From: an uncultured Acidobacteriota bacterium
GTDB taxonomy: Bacteria; Acidobacteriota; Vicinamibacteria; Vicinamibacterales; CAVVIG01
Direction: 5' to 3'
Assembly (NCBI GenBank): GCA_963711505.1
Contig: CAVQEJ010000004.1
Location: forward strand, 87,442-151,441
Length of the DNA stretch: 64,000 nucleotides
This document shows positions 12,016 through 21,943 of the stretch, piece by piece; within the stretch, counting starts at the first letter, position 1, and each line of letters starts with the position of its first letter. The notes under the pieces were generated by a model that worked only from the letters and a program-made list of their open reading frames with translations, was not told the DNA's origin and ran no database searches. The position numbers and the translations under genes were made by a program.

Positions 12016-12145
12016 CGGCCGGCCGATAGGGGCGTCGCGGGAGGTGCCGGATGGCGGTGCGGCTTGAAAGCCGGAGAACGAGCCACTACCATGAGGGATT
12101 GCGACCGCCGCCTCCCGGGCCGGCCGGGCGCGCGGGTCCCTCTTC

Positions 12146-13270
12146 ATGCGCGTCATGGCCGACCAATCCGACGAACCCCGTCCGTCCCGTCTCTCGGGCT
12201 TCGTCCGTGCCTTCTTCCGGCCGGAGCCGCCGCCCGAGATCCGCGGCTCGCGCGACACGGCCGGCCTGCTCACCCTGCTGTTCGTGCTGATGGTGCTGGT
12301 GACGGTCGCGTCGATCCGCTACGGGGCCATCGACTTCACGCCGGGCGAGATGTGGACGGCGTTCGTCTCGCTCTGGGGCGCGCATCCGCCGCTGACGCTG
12401 AACGAGCGGATCTTCCTGGAGCTGCGCGTGCCGCGCGCGCTGCTGTGTCTCGCGGTGGGCGCGGCGCTCGGGGTCGGCGGCGCGCTGATGCAGGCGCTGT
12501 TCCGCAACCCGATCGTCGAGCCGGGCCTGGTCGGCACGTCGAGCGGCGCGGCGCTGGGCGCCTCGCTCTACTTCGTGCTCGGCGGCGTCCTGCACTTCAC
12601 GGCCGGCGTCTGGACGCTGCCGATTGCCGCCTGCCTGGGCGGCGTGGTGGCCACCTACCTCGTCTTCGCGCTCGCGCAGTCGAACGCCGACGGCCGCAGC
12701 TCGATCGTGCTGCTGCTGCTGACCGGCCTCGCGGTCAACGCGCTGTGCCTGAGCGGCATCGGCTTCCTCTCCTACGTCGCGCGCGATCCGCAGGCGCGGT
12801 CGATCGTGTTCTGGAACCTCGGCACGATGTCGGGGGCGAACTGGGACACCGTGCTCATCGTCGGCGTCTCGACCGTCGGGGGCATCCTCCTCGCCCTCGG
12901 CTACGCCAAGCAGCTGAACGCGCTGATGATCGGCGAGGAGGAGGCGATCTACCTCGGGGTCAACGTGAACCGGCTGAAGTGGGCCGTGCTGACGATCAAC
13001 GTCATCATGGTGGCGGTCGCCACGGCCTTCACCGGCGTCATCAGCTTCGTCGGCCTCATCGTGCCGCACATCCTGCGGATCCTGCGGGGCGCCGACAACC
13101 GGTACCTCATCATCGGCAGCTCCCTGCTGGGCGCCACGCTGCTCAGTCTCGCCGACCTCGTCGCCCGGATGGCGCTGCGGCCGGCCGAGCTGCCCATCGG
13201 CATCGTCACGTCGGTCGTCGGCGTGCCGGTCTTCCTGTCGCTGCTGCGCAACCGGCAGTATCTCTTCTGA
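12146..13270 (+). CDS. FecCD/HmuU-family iron/heme ABC transporter permease
   Basis: LRVPRALL..GAALGVGGALMQALFRNPIVEPGLVGTSSGA, GVISFVGLIVPH, ELPIGIVTSVVGVPVFL. Confidence 0.92.
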   Translation: MRVMADQSDEPRPSRLSGFVRAFFRPEPPPEIRGSRDTAGLLTLLFVLMVLVTVASIRYGAIDFTPGEMWTAFVSLWGAHPPLTLNERIFLELRVPRALLCLAVGAALGVGGALMQALFRNPIVEPGLVGTSSGAALGASLYFVLGGVLHFTAGVWTLPIAACLGGVVATYLVFALAQSNADGRSSIVLLLLTGLAVNALCLSGIGFLSYVARDPQARSIVFWNLGTMSGANWDTVLIVGVSTVGGILLALGYAKQLNALMIGEEEAIYLGVNVNRLKWAVLTINVIMVAVATAFTGVISFVGLIVPHILRILRGADNRYLIIGSSLLGATLLSLADLVARMALRPAELPIGIVTSVVGVPVFLSLLRNRQYLF

Positions 13271-13277
13271 GGCGACG

Positions 13278-14060
13278 ATGCTGCAGGCGAGGGACGTTGT
13301 CTACCGGGTCGGCACGCGGACGCTGCTGCACGGCCTCTCGGCCTCGTTCGAGCCGGGCCGGCTCCACCTGATCGTCGGGCCGAACGGCGCGGGCAAGTCG
13401 ACGTTCGTCAAGGTGCTCTCGCGGCTGGTGCGGCCGCACGAGGGCGAGGTGCGGTACGGCGAGGCCGACGCGGCGACCTGCAGCGAGCGGGATCTCGCCC
13501 GCCAGCGGGCGGTGCTGTCGCAGGCCATCGAGGTGGCGTTCCCGCTGCCCGTCCGCGATCTCGTGATGATGGGGCGGTACCCGCACTTCCGCGGGCGCCC
13601 CGGCCGCGCCGACGAGGAGATCTGCGACGAAGTGATGCGGTTCTTCGACGTGCAGGACATGAGCGCGCGCAGCTACGCGACGCTCAGCGGCGGCGAGAAG
13701 CAGCGCGTGAACTTCGCCCGCGTGCTCACGCAGGTGTGGCGGCCGCTGCCCGACTCGTGCCGCTACCTGTTCCTCGACGAGCCGCTGACGTTCCTCGACA
13801 TCCGGCACCAGATCGACTTCATGAAGAAGGTGCGCGCCTTCGTCGAGCACCACGACGTCGTCGCCGTCGGCGTCGTCCACGACCTGAACCTCGCGGCGCG
13901 GTTCGCCGACCGGCTGGTGATGATCGACGAGGGACGCATCGTGGCCTTCGGCACGCGCGACGAGGTGCTGACGCCGGCCCACATCCGCACCACCTTCCAC
14001 GTCGACCCGGTCGTCGTCCGCGAGCCCGGGACCGACGCGTTCCACCTGATCTTCCACTGA
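13278..14060 (+). CDS. Heme-type ABC transporter ATP-binding protein (HmuV-like)
   Basis: GPNGAGKST Walker A, LSGGEKQRVNFARVLTQ, FLDEP, HDLNLAARFAD. Confidence 0.9.
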   Translation: MLQARDVVYRVGTRTLLHGLSASFEPGRLHLIVGPNGAGKSTFVKVLSRLVRPHEGEVRYGEADAATCSERDLARQRAVLSQAIEVAFPLPVRDLVMMGRYPHFRGRPGRADEEICDEVMRFFDVQDMSARSYATLSGGEKQRVNFARVLTQVWRPLPDSCRYLFLDEPLTFLDIRHQIDFMKKVRAFVEHHDVVAVGVVHDLNLAARFADRLVMIDEGRIVAFGTRDEVLTPAHIRTTFHVDPVVVREPGTDAFHLIFH

Positions 14061-14168
14061 GCCACGGCCGTCCGCGGTCGCGCGCTACCTCGGCCGCGCG
14101 CTTGTGTTTCGCATCCGGGCAACCGACAATCGTGAAGGCGGCCGGTCCGCTCAGGAGGAACGAGGGTG

Positions 14169-14515
14169 ATGGGAAAGCTGCGATCCGCGCGGTGGTCGCT
14201 CGTCGGAATCGTGCTGCTGGCGGCGCTCGCCGGCGGGGCGTGCCAGAAGGCGCGTAATCAGATGACCGTCCGGAAGTATGCGATGGAGGGCAAGGTGCTC
14301 GCCGTCGACGTCCAGGGCAAGCAGGCGACGATCGCCCATGGCGACATCCCGGGCTTCATGGGTGCGATGACGATGGCCTATCCGATCAAGGATGAGGCGG
14401 CGCTGGCGAAGCTGAAGAAGGGCGACGAGATCAAGGCGGTCGTCGTGGTCGACGACACCAGCGGCCTCTGGCTCGACGACATCCAGCATCGTCACGTCCG
14501 GGCGACGCGAAGTAA
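14169..14515 (+). CDS. CusF-like copper-binding lipoprotein (3' end affected by indels)
   Basis: Lipoprotein signal (..AGGAC), IAHGDIPGFMGAMTMAY motif. Confidence 0.75.
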
Positions 14516-14541
14516 CCCGAGACCAAGCGCCTCCGGCTCTC

Positions 14542-15229
14542 CTAGGCCCGCCCGCCCCCCGCGACCGGATGCGACACGTGCTCGTGCCCGATCAGGTGCC
14601 GGACGAACCAGTCGCGCGCCAGGCCGCCGACGACGTCCAGCGCGCCCGGCTCCTCGAACAGATGGGTGGCGCCGGGCACGATCCGCAGCTGTCCCACCGG
14701 TCCCAGTTGCTCGAGCGCCGCTTCGTTGAGCGCGAGCACCTCGACGTCGCGCTCGCCGACGATGAGCAGCGTCGGGGCCCGGACGCCCTGGAGGGCGGGG
14801 CCCGCCAGGTCGGGCCGGCCGCCCCGCGAGACGACCGCCGCCACCGTCTCGCGCCGCGCGGCGGCCACCAGCGCCGCCGCGGCGCCGGTGCTGGCGCCGA
14901 AGTAGCCGATGGGCAGCGCCCGCAGGTCGTGCCGCTTCATCGCCCAGTCCGTCGTGTCCACCAGCCGTCCGGCCAGTAACTCGATGTCGAAGCGCAGATG
15001 CATCGTCCGCGCGTCGACGGCTTCTTCCTCTTCCGTCAGCAGATCGAACAGCAGCGTCGCCAGCCCGGCCTGCACCAGCGTGTCCGCGACGCGCTGATTG
15101 CGGGGACTGTGGCGGCTGCTGCCGCTGCCGTGCGCGAAGACGACGAACCCGCCGGCGTTCTCCGGGATGCGGAGATCGCCGACGAGACGGACGTCGCCCG
15201 CCTCGATCGTGACCGCACTGCCTGGTCAT
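14542..15229 (-). CDS. Dienelactone-hydrolase-like alpha/beta hydrolase (PRTase-associated type); indel near the start
   Basis: VVFAHGSGSSRHSPRN, GYFGASTGAAAAL, VVSRGGRPDLA, GATHLFEEPG. Confidence 0.88.
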
Positions 15230-15242
15230 CTCGGCGCCTCCT

Positions 15243-15653
15243 TCAACGGGCGCGCGTGCGCGCGCCGGCCACGTGGTCGACCGTTTCCGGCAGGGCCGGC
15301 GACCGGAAGCGGAGAATCGTCATCGTCCCGTCGGCGGCCTTCACCTGCAGTGCCACGTCGGCGCCCGCGTCCGACTGCTCGAGGTTCAGGGCCGCGGCGT
15401 GCGCAATCGTGTGGGTGATGTGCCGGTCGGGATCGTCTCCGGCGAAGATCTCAATCGTGCCGCCGGTCGACGACATCGTGTCCGCGCTCATGCCGGCCAG
15501 CGGGAGATCGTCGATTTCCGGCTGCGCGCCGAAGTCGAGGCTGTCCACCTCGACGTTCACCAGCCACCCTTCGTGCTGGCGGCTGAAGCTGTCCAGGAAC
15601 TGGTGCCATTCACCGATCGGAATCGTGCGGGTCGTCATGGTCGTGCTCCTCAT
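15243..15653 (-). CDS. DUF5335-like hypothetical protein
   Basis: TRTIPIGEWHQFLDSFSRQHEGWLVNVEV...LPLAGMSAD...HITHTI..TILRFRSPALPE. Confidence 0.7.
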   Translation of the reverse strand: MRSTTMTTRTIPIGEWHQFLDSFSRQHEGWLVNVEVDSLDFGAQPEIDDLPLAGMSADTMSSTGGTIEIFAGDDPDRHITHTIAHAAALNLEQSDAGADVALQVKAADGTMTILRFRSPALPETVDHVAGARTRAR

Positions 15654-15731
15654 TCCTCGTCATTACCCATCGGTGGGATCCGGTCTGGTCGACGCTGCGC
15701 GAACCGCGGCCGACACACCCGCGAGAAACGG

Positions 15732-15747
15732 AGCAATTCACGTGCCG
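15732..15747 (-). promoter_or_regulatory. sigma54 (-24/-12) promoter
   Basis: CGGCACGTGAATTGCT = GG-N10-GC, upstream of the DUF5335-like gene. Confidence 0.7.
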
Positions 15748-15840
15748 GAGCCGGCAGCCAGGAACAGCCCGGTCGGCGCGGCGGTCCGGCGCTCGCCCGC
15801 GGTACCGCGGGGATTTGTCCGCGGCTCGACGGGACAAGGG

Positions 15841-15935
15841 CGGTCTCCGGTCTCGACTCTCCGGTCTTCAGTTCCGGAGACCCGATCCCGCAATCCCGGT
15901 CCCCGGCCCGTCGCTGAGCTGCAGACCGCAGACCG
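15841..15935. repeat. Degenerate heptamer tandem repeats with inverted arms
   Basis: CGGTCTC-type units followed by GCAGACC-type units. Confidence 0.55.
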
Positions 15936-16055
15936 ACACCATTCCCCCAACCCGGGTACGCGTCGTGCTTGTGTTCCTCGCGAGGCGTGCGGGCCGCGGC
16001 GCAGGGCCGGACGGGCCCGGACGGTGCCGGGCAGGGCTCGAGCAGGGGGGGCACG

Positions 16056-17018
16056 ATGCTGGACGAACCGGAAGACGCCGGGCGGCTGATGGTGATTGCG
16101 GGAACCGCGAACGTCGACCTGGCCGAGGCGGTGGCCGCCGAGCTCGATCAGGCGCTTGCGTCGAGAACGCTGTCACGCTATCCCGACGGCGAGTTCCACG
16201 TGTCGATCGAGGAGTGCGTGCGCGGGCGGGATGTCTTCGTGATCCAGCCGACGTCGCCGCCAGGCGAGGCCCATCTGTTCGAGGCGATGTTCCTCGCCGA
16301 TGCCTGCCGGCGCGCCGGGGCGGCACGCCTGACTGCCGTGATGCCCTACTTCGCGTACGCGCGGCAGGACCGGCGGGTGGCGGGCCGGGAGCCCGTCGGG
16401 GCGCGGCTGGTCGCGGACCTGCTGCACACGGCCGGCTTCGAGCGGGTCATCGCGGTCGACCTGCACACGCCCGCCCTCGAGGGGTTCTTCGCGACCGCGG
16501 TCGAGCACCTGACGGCCGTGTCGCTGCTGGCGCGCGCCGTGCGGGGCAACGGCCACGTGCCGGTGGACCTCGTGGTCGCCCCCGATCTCGGTGCCGTGAA
16601 GCTGGCGGAACGCTACGCGAGCCTGCTGCGCCTGCCGATGGCCGTCGTGCACAAGGCGCGGCTGAGCGGCACGGAAGTGCGGGCGCGGGCCGTGGTGGGG
16701 GAGGTCGCCGGCCGCCGGCCGCTCATCATCGACGACATGATCAGCACCGGCGGCACCATCGAAGCCGCCGCGCGCGCCGTCCTCGACGCCGGCTGCATGC
16801 CCGCCATCAGCGTCATCGCCAGCCATGCCCTGCTGACGGCCGGTGCCCTCGATCGCCTGCACGCGCTGCCGATCGATCGGCTCATCGTGACCGACAGCGT
16901 CGCGCTGCGGCACGACCTGCCGCTGCCGCTCGAACGCGTCAGCCTCGCGCCGTTGCTGGCGACCGCCATCCGGCGGCTGCACGGCAACGAATCGCTCGCG
17001 GATCTGTTCGTCAGATGA
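16056..17018 (+). CDS. prs: Ribose-phosphate pyrophosphokinase
   Basis: YPDGE..V.I.E.VRG.DVFVIQPT, PYFAYARQDRR, VDLH, VVAPDLGAV, IIDDMISTGGT. Confidence 0.93.
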   Translation: MLDEPEDAGRLMVIAGTANVDLAEAVAAELDQALASRTLSRYPDGEFHVSIEECVRGRDVFVIQPTSPPGEAHLFEAMFLADACRRAGAARLTAVMPYFAYARQDRRVAGREPVGARLVADLLHTAGFERVIAVDLHTPALEGFFATAVEHLTAVSLLARAVRGNGHVPVDLVVAPDLGAVKLAERYASLLRLPMAVVHKARLSGTEVRARAVVGEVAGRRPLIIDDMISTGGTIEAAARAVLDAGCMPAISVIASHALLTAGALDRLHALPIDRLIVTDSVALRHDLPLPLERVSLAPLLATAIRRLHGNESLADLFVR

Positions 17019-17057
17019 AAGGATGCGCAGGAACGAGGAACAAGGGAAGAGCGAGCC

Positions 17058-17717
17058 CTACCGCCTGACGCGCACCGGCTCCAGCCCCGCCATCGACGGG
17101 CCGAGCAGCGCGCAGACCTGTTCCTCCGACACCGCCGGGAACCGCCTGAAGCACGAGCCGATCGTCGGGAACGGGTCGGGGCACACGAGGCAGGCGACCT
17201 GGTCCGCCTCGGCTTCGATGTGCTGCAGCGTCTCGCGCGGCGCGACCGCCATGGCCACCACCAGCTTCGCCGGCAGCTCCGCACGGATGGCGCGGAGCGC
17301 CGCAATCATCGTCGCGCCGGTGGCCGCGCCGTCGTCGACGAGGATGACCGTGCGCCCGGTGGGAGAGACCGGCGGATGGATCGGGGTGTAGAGCGACCGG
17401 CAATGGGCCAGCCGCTCCATCTGCATCCGCCGTTCGCGTTCGATGTACGCGTCGGTGATCCACAGGTCGGCTTCCGGGCCGATGTAGGTGTGGCCCCGTT
17501 CGTCGACCGAGCCGATGGCCTGCTCCGGCCGTCCGGGGGCCCGGAGCTTCCGGACCAGGACGACGTCGAAGTCGCCGTCGAGACGGTCGGCAATGAGCCG
17601 CCCCATCGACACTGCGCCGCAGGGGATGGCGAGCACCAGCGGGCGCGCGCCCCGGTAGCTCGCAAGCCTGTCGGCCAGCAGTGCCGCCGCCTCTTCACGA
17701 CTCTCGAACAGGATCAT
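17058..17717 (-). CDS. Phosphoribosyltransferase-family protein
   Basis: FESREEA..LA..L, VLAIP.GA, LVRKLRAPG, VILVDDGAATGATM PRPP-binding motif. Confidence 0.88.
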   Translation of the reverse strand: MILFESREEAAALLADRLASYRGARPLVLAIPCGAVSMGRLIADRLDGDFDVVLVRKLRAPGRPEQAIGSVDERGHTYIGPEADLWITDAYIERERRMQMERLAHCRSLYTPIHPPVSPTGRTVILVDDGAATGATMIAALRAIRAELPAKLVVAMAVAPRETLQHIEAEADQVACLVCPDPFPTIGSCFRRFPAVSEEQVCALLGPSMAGLEPVRVRR

Positions 17718-17773
17718 CGGTCACCTTCCACATTGAGTTTTCGTACGCGAGATGGACGGACGGCAGAACGAGG

Positions 17774-17789
17774 TGCATGGATGGTGCCA
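17774..17789 (-). promoter_or_regulatory. sigma54 promoter
   Basis: TGGCACCATCCATGCA = GG-N10-GC, about 55 nt upstream of the PRTase start. Confidence 0.65.
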
Positions 17790-18001
17790 GCGTCGCGGAA
17801 GGCGCGCCCCGGACCTGAAGGGCGCTGTTGTACGCCCCTGTCGTTCAGGTCGTGCTGAATCGTCGGATTCCGGCACCGGGCCGGGCGGGACGGCGGGAGG
17901 AATCCGCCCGGCCGTGCGCAATATTTCCGTCGCCGGCGCATGCAGCTCGCGCATGCTGCGGCGGGCCCGGCCTGCGGGTCGAGGCGTTTTGGTACGCGAG
18001 C

Positions 18002-19741
18002 TTACGAAGCCGGGGCGGGATCGATCTCTCCGGGACCGGGCGGCTCGGGGAAGTAGGCGTTCGCGCGGTACTGCGTCATCATCCGCTGTGTATTGAAGAA
18101 CGATCCGTTGATCGCAATGGTCGAGCGCATGACGCCGGCGAAGGTGGCCGAGCGCTGGTAGAACATCGGCAGGATGATCTGCTCCAGCTTGTCGTAGAGC
18201 GACGTCTCCTCGGCCAGCGGGTCCTCGACGTCCTGGCCGTGGCCGACGGCCCAGCCGGTGGCGCCCTCGAGGCAGCCTTCAACCCACCAGCCATCGAGCA
18301 CGCTCAGGCTCGGCACGCCGTTCAGCGCCGCCTTCATGCCGCTGGTGCCGGAGGCCTCGCGCGGGCGCTGCGGCGTGTTCAGCCACAGGTCCGTGCCGCT
18401 GGTGAGCAGGCGGGCCCATTCGAAGTCGTAGTTCTCGACGTACACCGCTTTCACCGTGCCCTGCAGCGCGCGGATGGCGCTGAAGACCTTGCGGATCAGG
18501 GCCTTGCCCTCTTCGTCGTGCGGGTGGGCCTTGCCGCCGTAGATCAGCTGAAAGGGACCGGCGGTCCTGGCGATCTCCCGCAGCCGATCGAGGTCGGCGA
18601 ACAGCAGGTCGGCCCGCTTGTAGGCGGCGGAGCGGCGCGCGAAGCCGATCGTCAGGACGTTGCGATCGAGCTGCACGCCGGTGCGGGCGGCCACGGCATC
18701 GACGAGCGCCCCCTTGGCCCGGTCGTGCGCGTCCACGATCTCCTGGAGCGGAATGCCGATGGCGTACCGCAGGTACAGGTTGTCCCGCCGCCACTCCGGG
18801 ATGTGGCGGTCGTAGAGCGCCGCCACCGGCGCGGCCGTCCACGTCGTGGCGTGCACGCCGTTGGTGATCGCGCGGATGGGATAGTTCGGGAACATGCCGT
18901 GCGAGATCTCGCCGTGGCGCATCGCGACGCCGTTGATGTAGCGCGAGGAGCGCAGGGCGAGGTAGGTCATGTTCAGCAGCCCTTCGTGCAGGCAGTCCGC
19001 CTCGGCGAGATGCCGGCTGACGGGCTCGCCCAGCACGTCGCGCATCAGGGCCGCCGGGAACTGATCCTGGCCCGCCGGCACCGGCGTGTGCGTCGTGAAG
19101 ATGCAGCGCGCGCGCACGTCGCGGATGTCCTGCTCGTCCGGCGTGCTCGCACCGCGGCGGGCGATCGCCCGCTCGAGCAGCGCCGCCGCCAGCAGGCTCG
19201 AGTGGCCCTCGTTCATGTGATAGACCTCGATGCCCTGGTGACCCAGCGAGTCGAGGATGGCGACGCCGCCCAGGCCGAGCACGGCTTCCTGGCAGAGGCG
19301 GTACCGCGCATCGCCGCCGTACAGGTGATCGGTCAGCGTCCGATCCTCGGGAGCGTTCGCCGGCAGATCGGTGTCGAGCAGGTAGACCGGCACGACGTGC
19401 CCCGTGACGCCATGCACGAGGTACTGCCACGCGCACAGGTGGACGTCACGACCCTCCAGCTTCACCACGACGTGATCCTGGACGCGGGCGAGCACCTGCT
19501 CGGGCTGCCAGCTGTCGGGCTCTTCCCGCTGCCGGCCGTCGCGATCCAGGTGCTGACGGAAGTACCCCTGCCGGTGGACCAGCGTCACGCCGATCATCGG
19601 GATCTCGAGATCGGCGGCCGAACGGAGCACGTCGCCCGCGAGAATCCCGAGACCGCCGGCGTAGGTCGGCATCGCGGGATCGATCGCGATCTCCATCGAG
19701 AAGTAGGCGATCCGCGCCTGCTGGAAGGAATCTGGTTCCAC
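18002..19741 (-). CDS. glgP: Alpha-glucan (glycogen/maltodextrin) phosphorylase
   Basis: IAYFSMEI, YAGGLGILAGD, HMNEGH, FTTHTPVPAG, EASGTSGMKAALNG. Confidence 0.93.
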   Translation of the reverse strand: MEPDSFQQARIAYFSMEIAIDPAMPTYAGGLGILAGDVLRSAADLEIPMIGVTLVHRQGYFRQHLDRDGRQREEPDSWQPEQVLARVQDHVVVKLEGRDVHLCAWQYLVHGVTGHVVPVYLLDTDLPANAPEDRTLTDHLYGGDARYRLCQEAVLGLGGVAILDSLGHQGIEVYHMNEGHSSLLAAALLERAIARRGASTPDEQDIRDVRARCIFTTHTPVPAGQDQFPAALMRDVLGEPVSRHLAEADCLHEGLLNMTYLALRSSRYINGVAMRHGEISHGMFPNYPIRAITNGVHATTWTAAPVAALYDRHIPEWRRDNLYLRYAIGIPLQEIVDAHDRAKGALVDAVAARTGVQLDRNVLTIGFARRSAAYKRADLLFADLDRLREIARTAGPFQLIYGGKAHPHDEEGKALIRKVFSAIRALQGTVKAVYVENYDFEWARLLTSGTDLWLNTPQRPREASGTSGMKAALNGVPSLSVLDGWWVEGCLEGATGWAVGHGQDVEDPLAEETSLYDKLEQIILPMFYQRSATFAGVMRSTIAINGSFFNTQRMMTQYRANAYFPEPPGPGEIDPAPAS

Positions 19742-19888
19742 AAGCGTTCTCCTGGCGGCGGTCGTGCGCCGCGACGGCTCCTGTCAGCATTCTAGAACGG
19801 GGAGGTCGGCCCGGCCGCCGGAGAATCCCCGGCAGGCCGCGCGACCGTCGGTGGCTCCTGTGCGTCTAATGGCTGACGGCGCCCGCAG

Positions 19889-20788
19889 GTGCCGGTGGAG
19901 CGGAGGCACGATGAGGCAGAACCGCGTGGGCCGTGGATCCGGGCTGGCGGGACGGCGGGCGGCGTCCTGGCCGGCGTCCTGGTGGTGTACGCCGCTTCGG
20001 CGCAGCCCGTGCGCGCCGCGGAGGCCGCGCCGCCGGGCGCCGATCGCGTGCCGGTGGTGCCGGTGGTCGTCGAGCTGTTCACCTCGGAGGGCTGCTCGAG
20101 CTGTCCGCCCGCAGACGACCTGCTGCGGAACCTGGCCGGGGCGCAGCCGGTGCCCGGCGCCGAGATCGTGCCGCTCGAAGAGCACGTCACCTACTGGGAT
20201 CGTCTCGGCTGGCGCGATCCGTTCTCGCAGCCCCTCTTCACGACGCGGCAGTCCGGCTACGACGCGCAGCTCTTTCATCGCGGCGAGGTCTACACGCCCC
20301 AGGCGGTCGTCGACGGCCGCTGGCAGCTGGTCGGCAGCGATCGGCCGGCGCTCGTCGCCGCGATTGCCGCTGCGGCGCGCCAGCCGCAGGCGTCGGTCAC
20401 GCTGTCGCTGCTCGGGCTCGTGCCGGCGGCCGCCGGGCCGGGTCGGCCGTCCTACGTGCACGTGGTCGTCAAGGTGCCGCCCGACCTGCGGCCGGCCGGA
20501 ACGGCCGACGTCGTGCTCGCCGTCACCGAAGACGACCTGCAGACGCACGTGCTCGCGGGCGAGAACCGCGGGCGCCAGCTGCACCACAGCGCCGTGGTGC
20601 GGACGCTCCGTCCGATCGGCATGGTCTCGGCCGACGCGCCCGAGCTCTCCGTCACCCGCCCGCTGACGCTCGACGCCGGCTGGAATCCGGCACACCTCGG
20701 CGTGGTGGTCTTCGTTCAGGAACGACTGAGCCGACGGATCATCGGCGCCGGCCGTCTGCCGCTCTCCGCCAGACCGTCCATTCACTGA
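19889..20788 (+). CDS. DUF1223 thioredoxin-like secreted protein
   Basis: VVVELFTSEGCSSCPPAD, HVTYWDRLGWRDPFS, YTPQAVVDG, GENRGRQLHH. Confidence 0.88.
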   Translation: MPVERRHDEAEPRGPWIRAGGTAGGVLAGVLVVYAASAQPVRAAEAAPPGADRVPVVPVVVELFTSEGCSSCPPADDLLRNLAGAQPVPGAEIVPLEEHVTYWDRLGWRDPFSQPLFTTRQSGYDAQLFHRGEVYTPQAVVDGRWQLVGSDRPALVAAIAAAARQPQASVTLSLLGLVPAAAGPGRPSYVHVVVKVPPDLRPAGTADVVLAVTEDDLQTHVLAGENRGRQLHHSAVVRTLRPIGMVSADAPELSVTRPLTLDAGWNPAHLGVVVFVQERLSRRIIGAGRLPLSARPSIH

Positions 20789-21136
20789 CCGCCGGATTGG
20801 CACGGCCGCTTCATGACGGCGCTTCCTTCAGCGCCTGTGCGTACCATTCGCGCTCGGAGGCGAACCGCGCGAATCGCCGCGGCCCTTCACGGTTCCCGCT
20901 CCATGGCTGAGCTGCGTGTCCGCCGCCGTCCCGGTCCTCCCGGTCCTCCCGGTCCTCCCGGTGTGTACCGCAAGGACGGCCTGGTGTCCTGATGGGAGGA
21001 CCTCGGCGTCGGCTGCCGGCCGGAATGCCGCGATTTTTCCCAGCCGGCATGTGGAACCGAATATGCTAAGCGAGCCATGCGATAGACGCATGGCCGGCCG
21101 CGGGCCGGCAGGACGTCGAGGTCGAGGCGGACGGCT

Positions 21137-21943
21137 GTGATCAACGGACAACGGGTGGCGGTGGTGCTGCCCGCCTACAATGCGGCGAGCACCCTGGCGG
21201 CCACGGTCGAGCAGCTGCCCGACTGCGTCGACATCCGGATCCTCGTCGACGACTTCAGCCGCGACGAGACGGTGGCGATTGCGCGGTCGCTCGGCCTCGA
21301 GACCTACGTCCACGACTCCAACTACGGGTACGGCCGCAATCAGATGACCTGCTACCGCCAGGCGCTCGAGGCCGGGGCGGACGTCGTGGTGATGCTGCAT
21401 CCCGACTATCAGTACACGCCGCTGCTCGTGACGGCGATGGCGAGCATGGTGGCGCACGACGTGTACGACGTCGTCATCGGATCGCGGATTCTCGGCGGGA
21501 CGGCGCTCGGCGGCGGGATGCCGCGCTACAAGTACGTCGCGAACCGGCTGCTCACGGCGGTGCAGAACCTGTTCCTCCACGCGAAGCTGTCCGAGTACCA
21601 CACCGGCTACCGCGCCTTCAGCCGCCGCGTCCTCGACGCGCTGCCGCTGCTCGAGAACTCCCAGGACTTCGTCTTCGACAACCAGATGCTCGCGCAGTGC
21701 GTCTACTTCGGCTTCCGCATCGGTGAGGTCTCCTGTCCGACGAAGTACTTTCCGGACGCCTCGTCGATCAACTTCCGCCGCAGCGTGCGGTACGGCCTGG
21801 GCGTGCTCGCCACGACATTCCAGTACTTCGCGCAGAAACACGGGTTCGGCAGCTTCGCCATCTTCAGCCGCACCGGCCGGACGCTGCGCGCCGCCGCGCC
21901 GCCCGTCGACGAGCGCGCGGCGCGGACCGGTGCCATGGCATGA
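21137..21943 (+). CDS. Glycosyltransferase family 2 (polyprenol-phosphate type)
   Basis: [45 protein letters not shown]. Confidence 0.92.
   Translation: MINGQRVAVVLPAYNAASTLAATVEQLPDCVDIRILVDDFSRDETVAIARSLGLETYVHDSNYGYGRNQMTCYRQALEAGADVVVMLHPDYQYTPLLVTAMASMVAHDVYDVVIGSRILGGTALGGGMPRYKYVANRLLTAVQNLFLHAKLSEYHTGYRAFSRRVLDALPLLENSQDFVFDNQMLAQCVYFGFRIGEVSCPTKYFPDASSINFRRSVRYGLGVLATTFQYFAQKHGFGSFAIFSRTGRTLRAAAPPVDERAARTGAMA

Noticed and set aside
20798-20815. TGGCACGG as another sigma54 promoter
   Set aside because: Lacks the GC at the -12 position (GG-N10-GC not satisfied)
20930-20962. CCCGGTCCT x3 tandem repeat
   Set aside because: Short intergenic 9-mer microsatellite with no further support for a function
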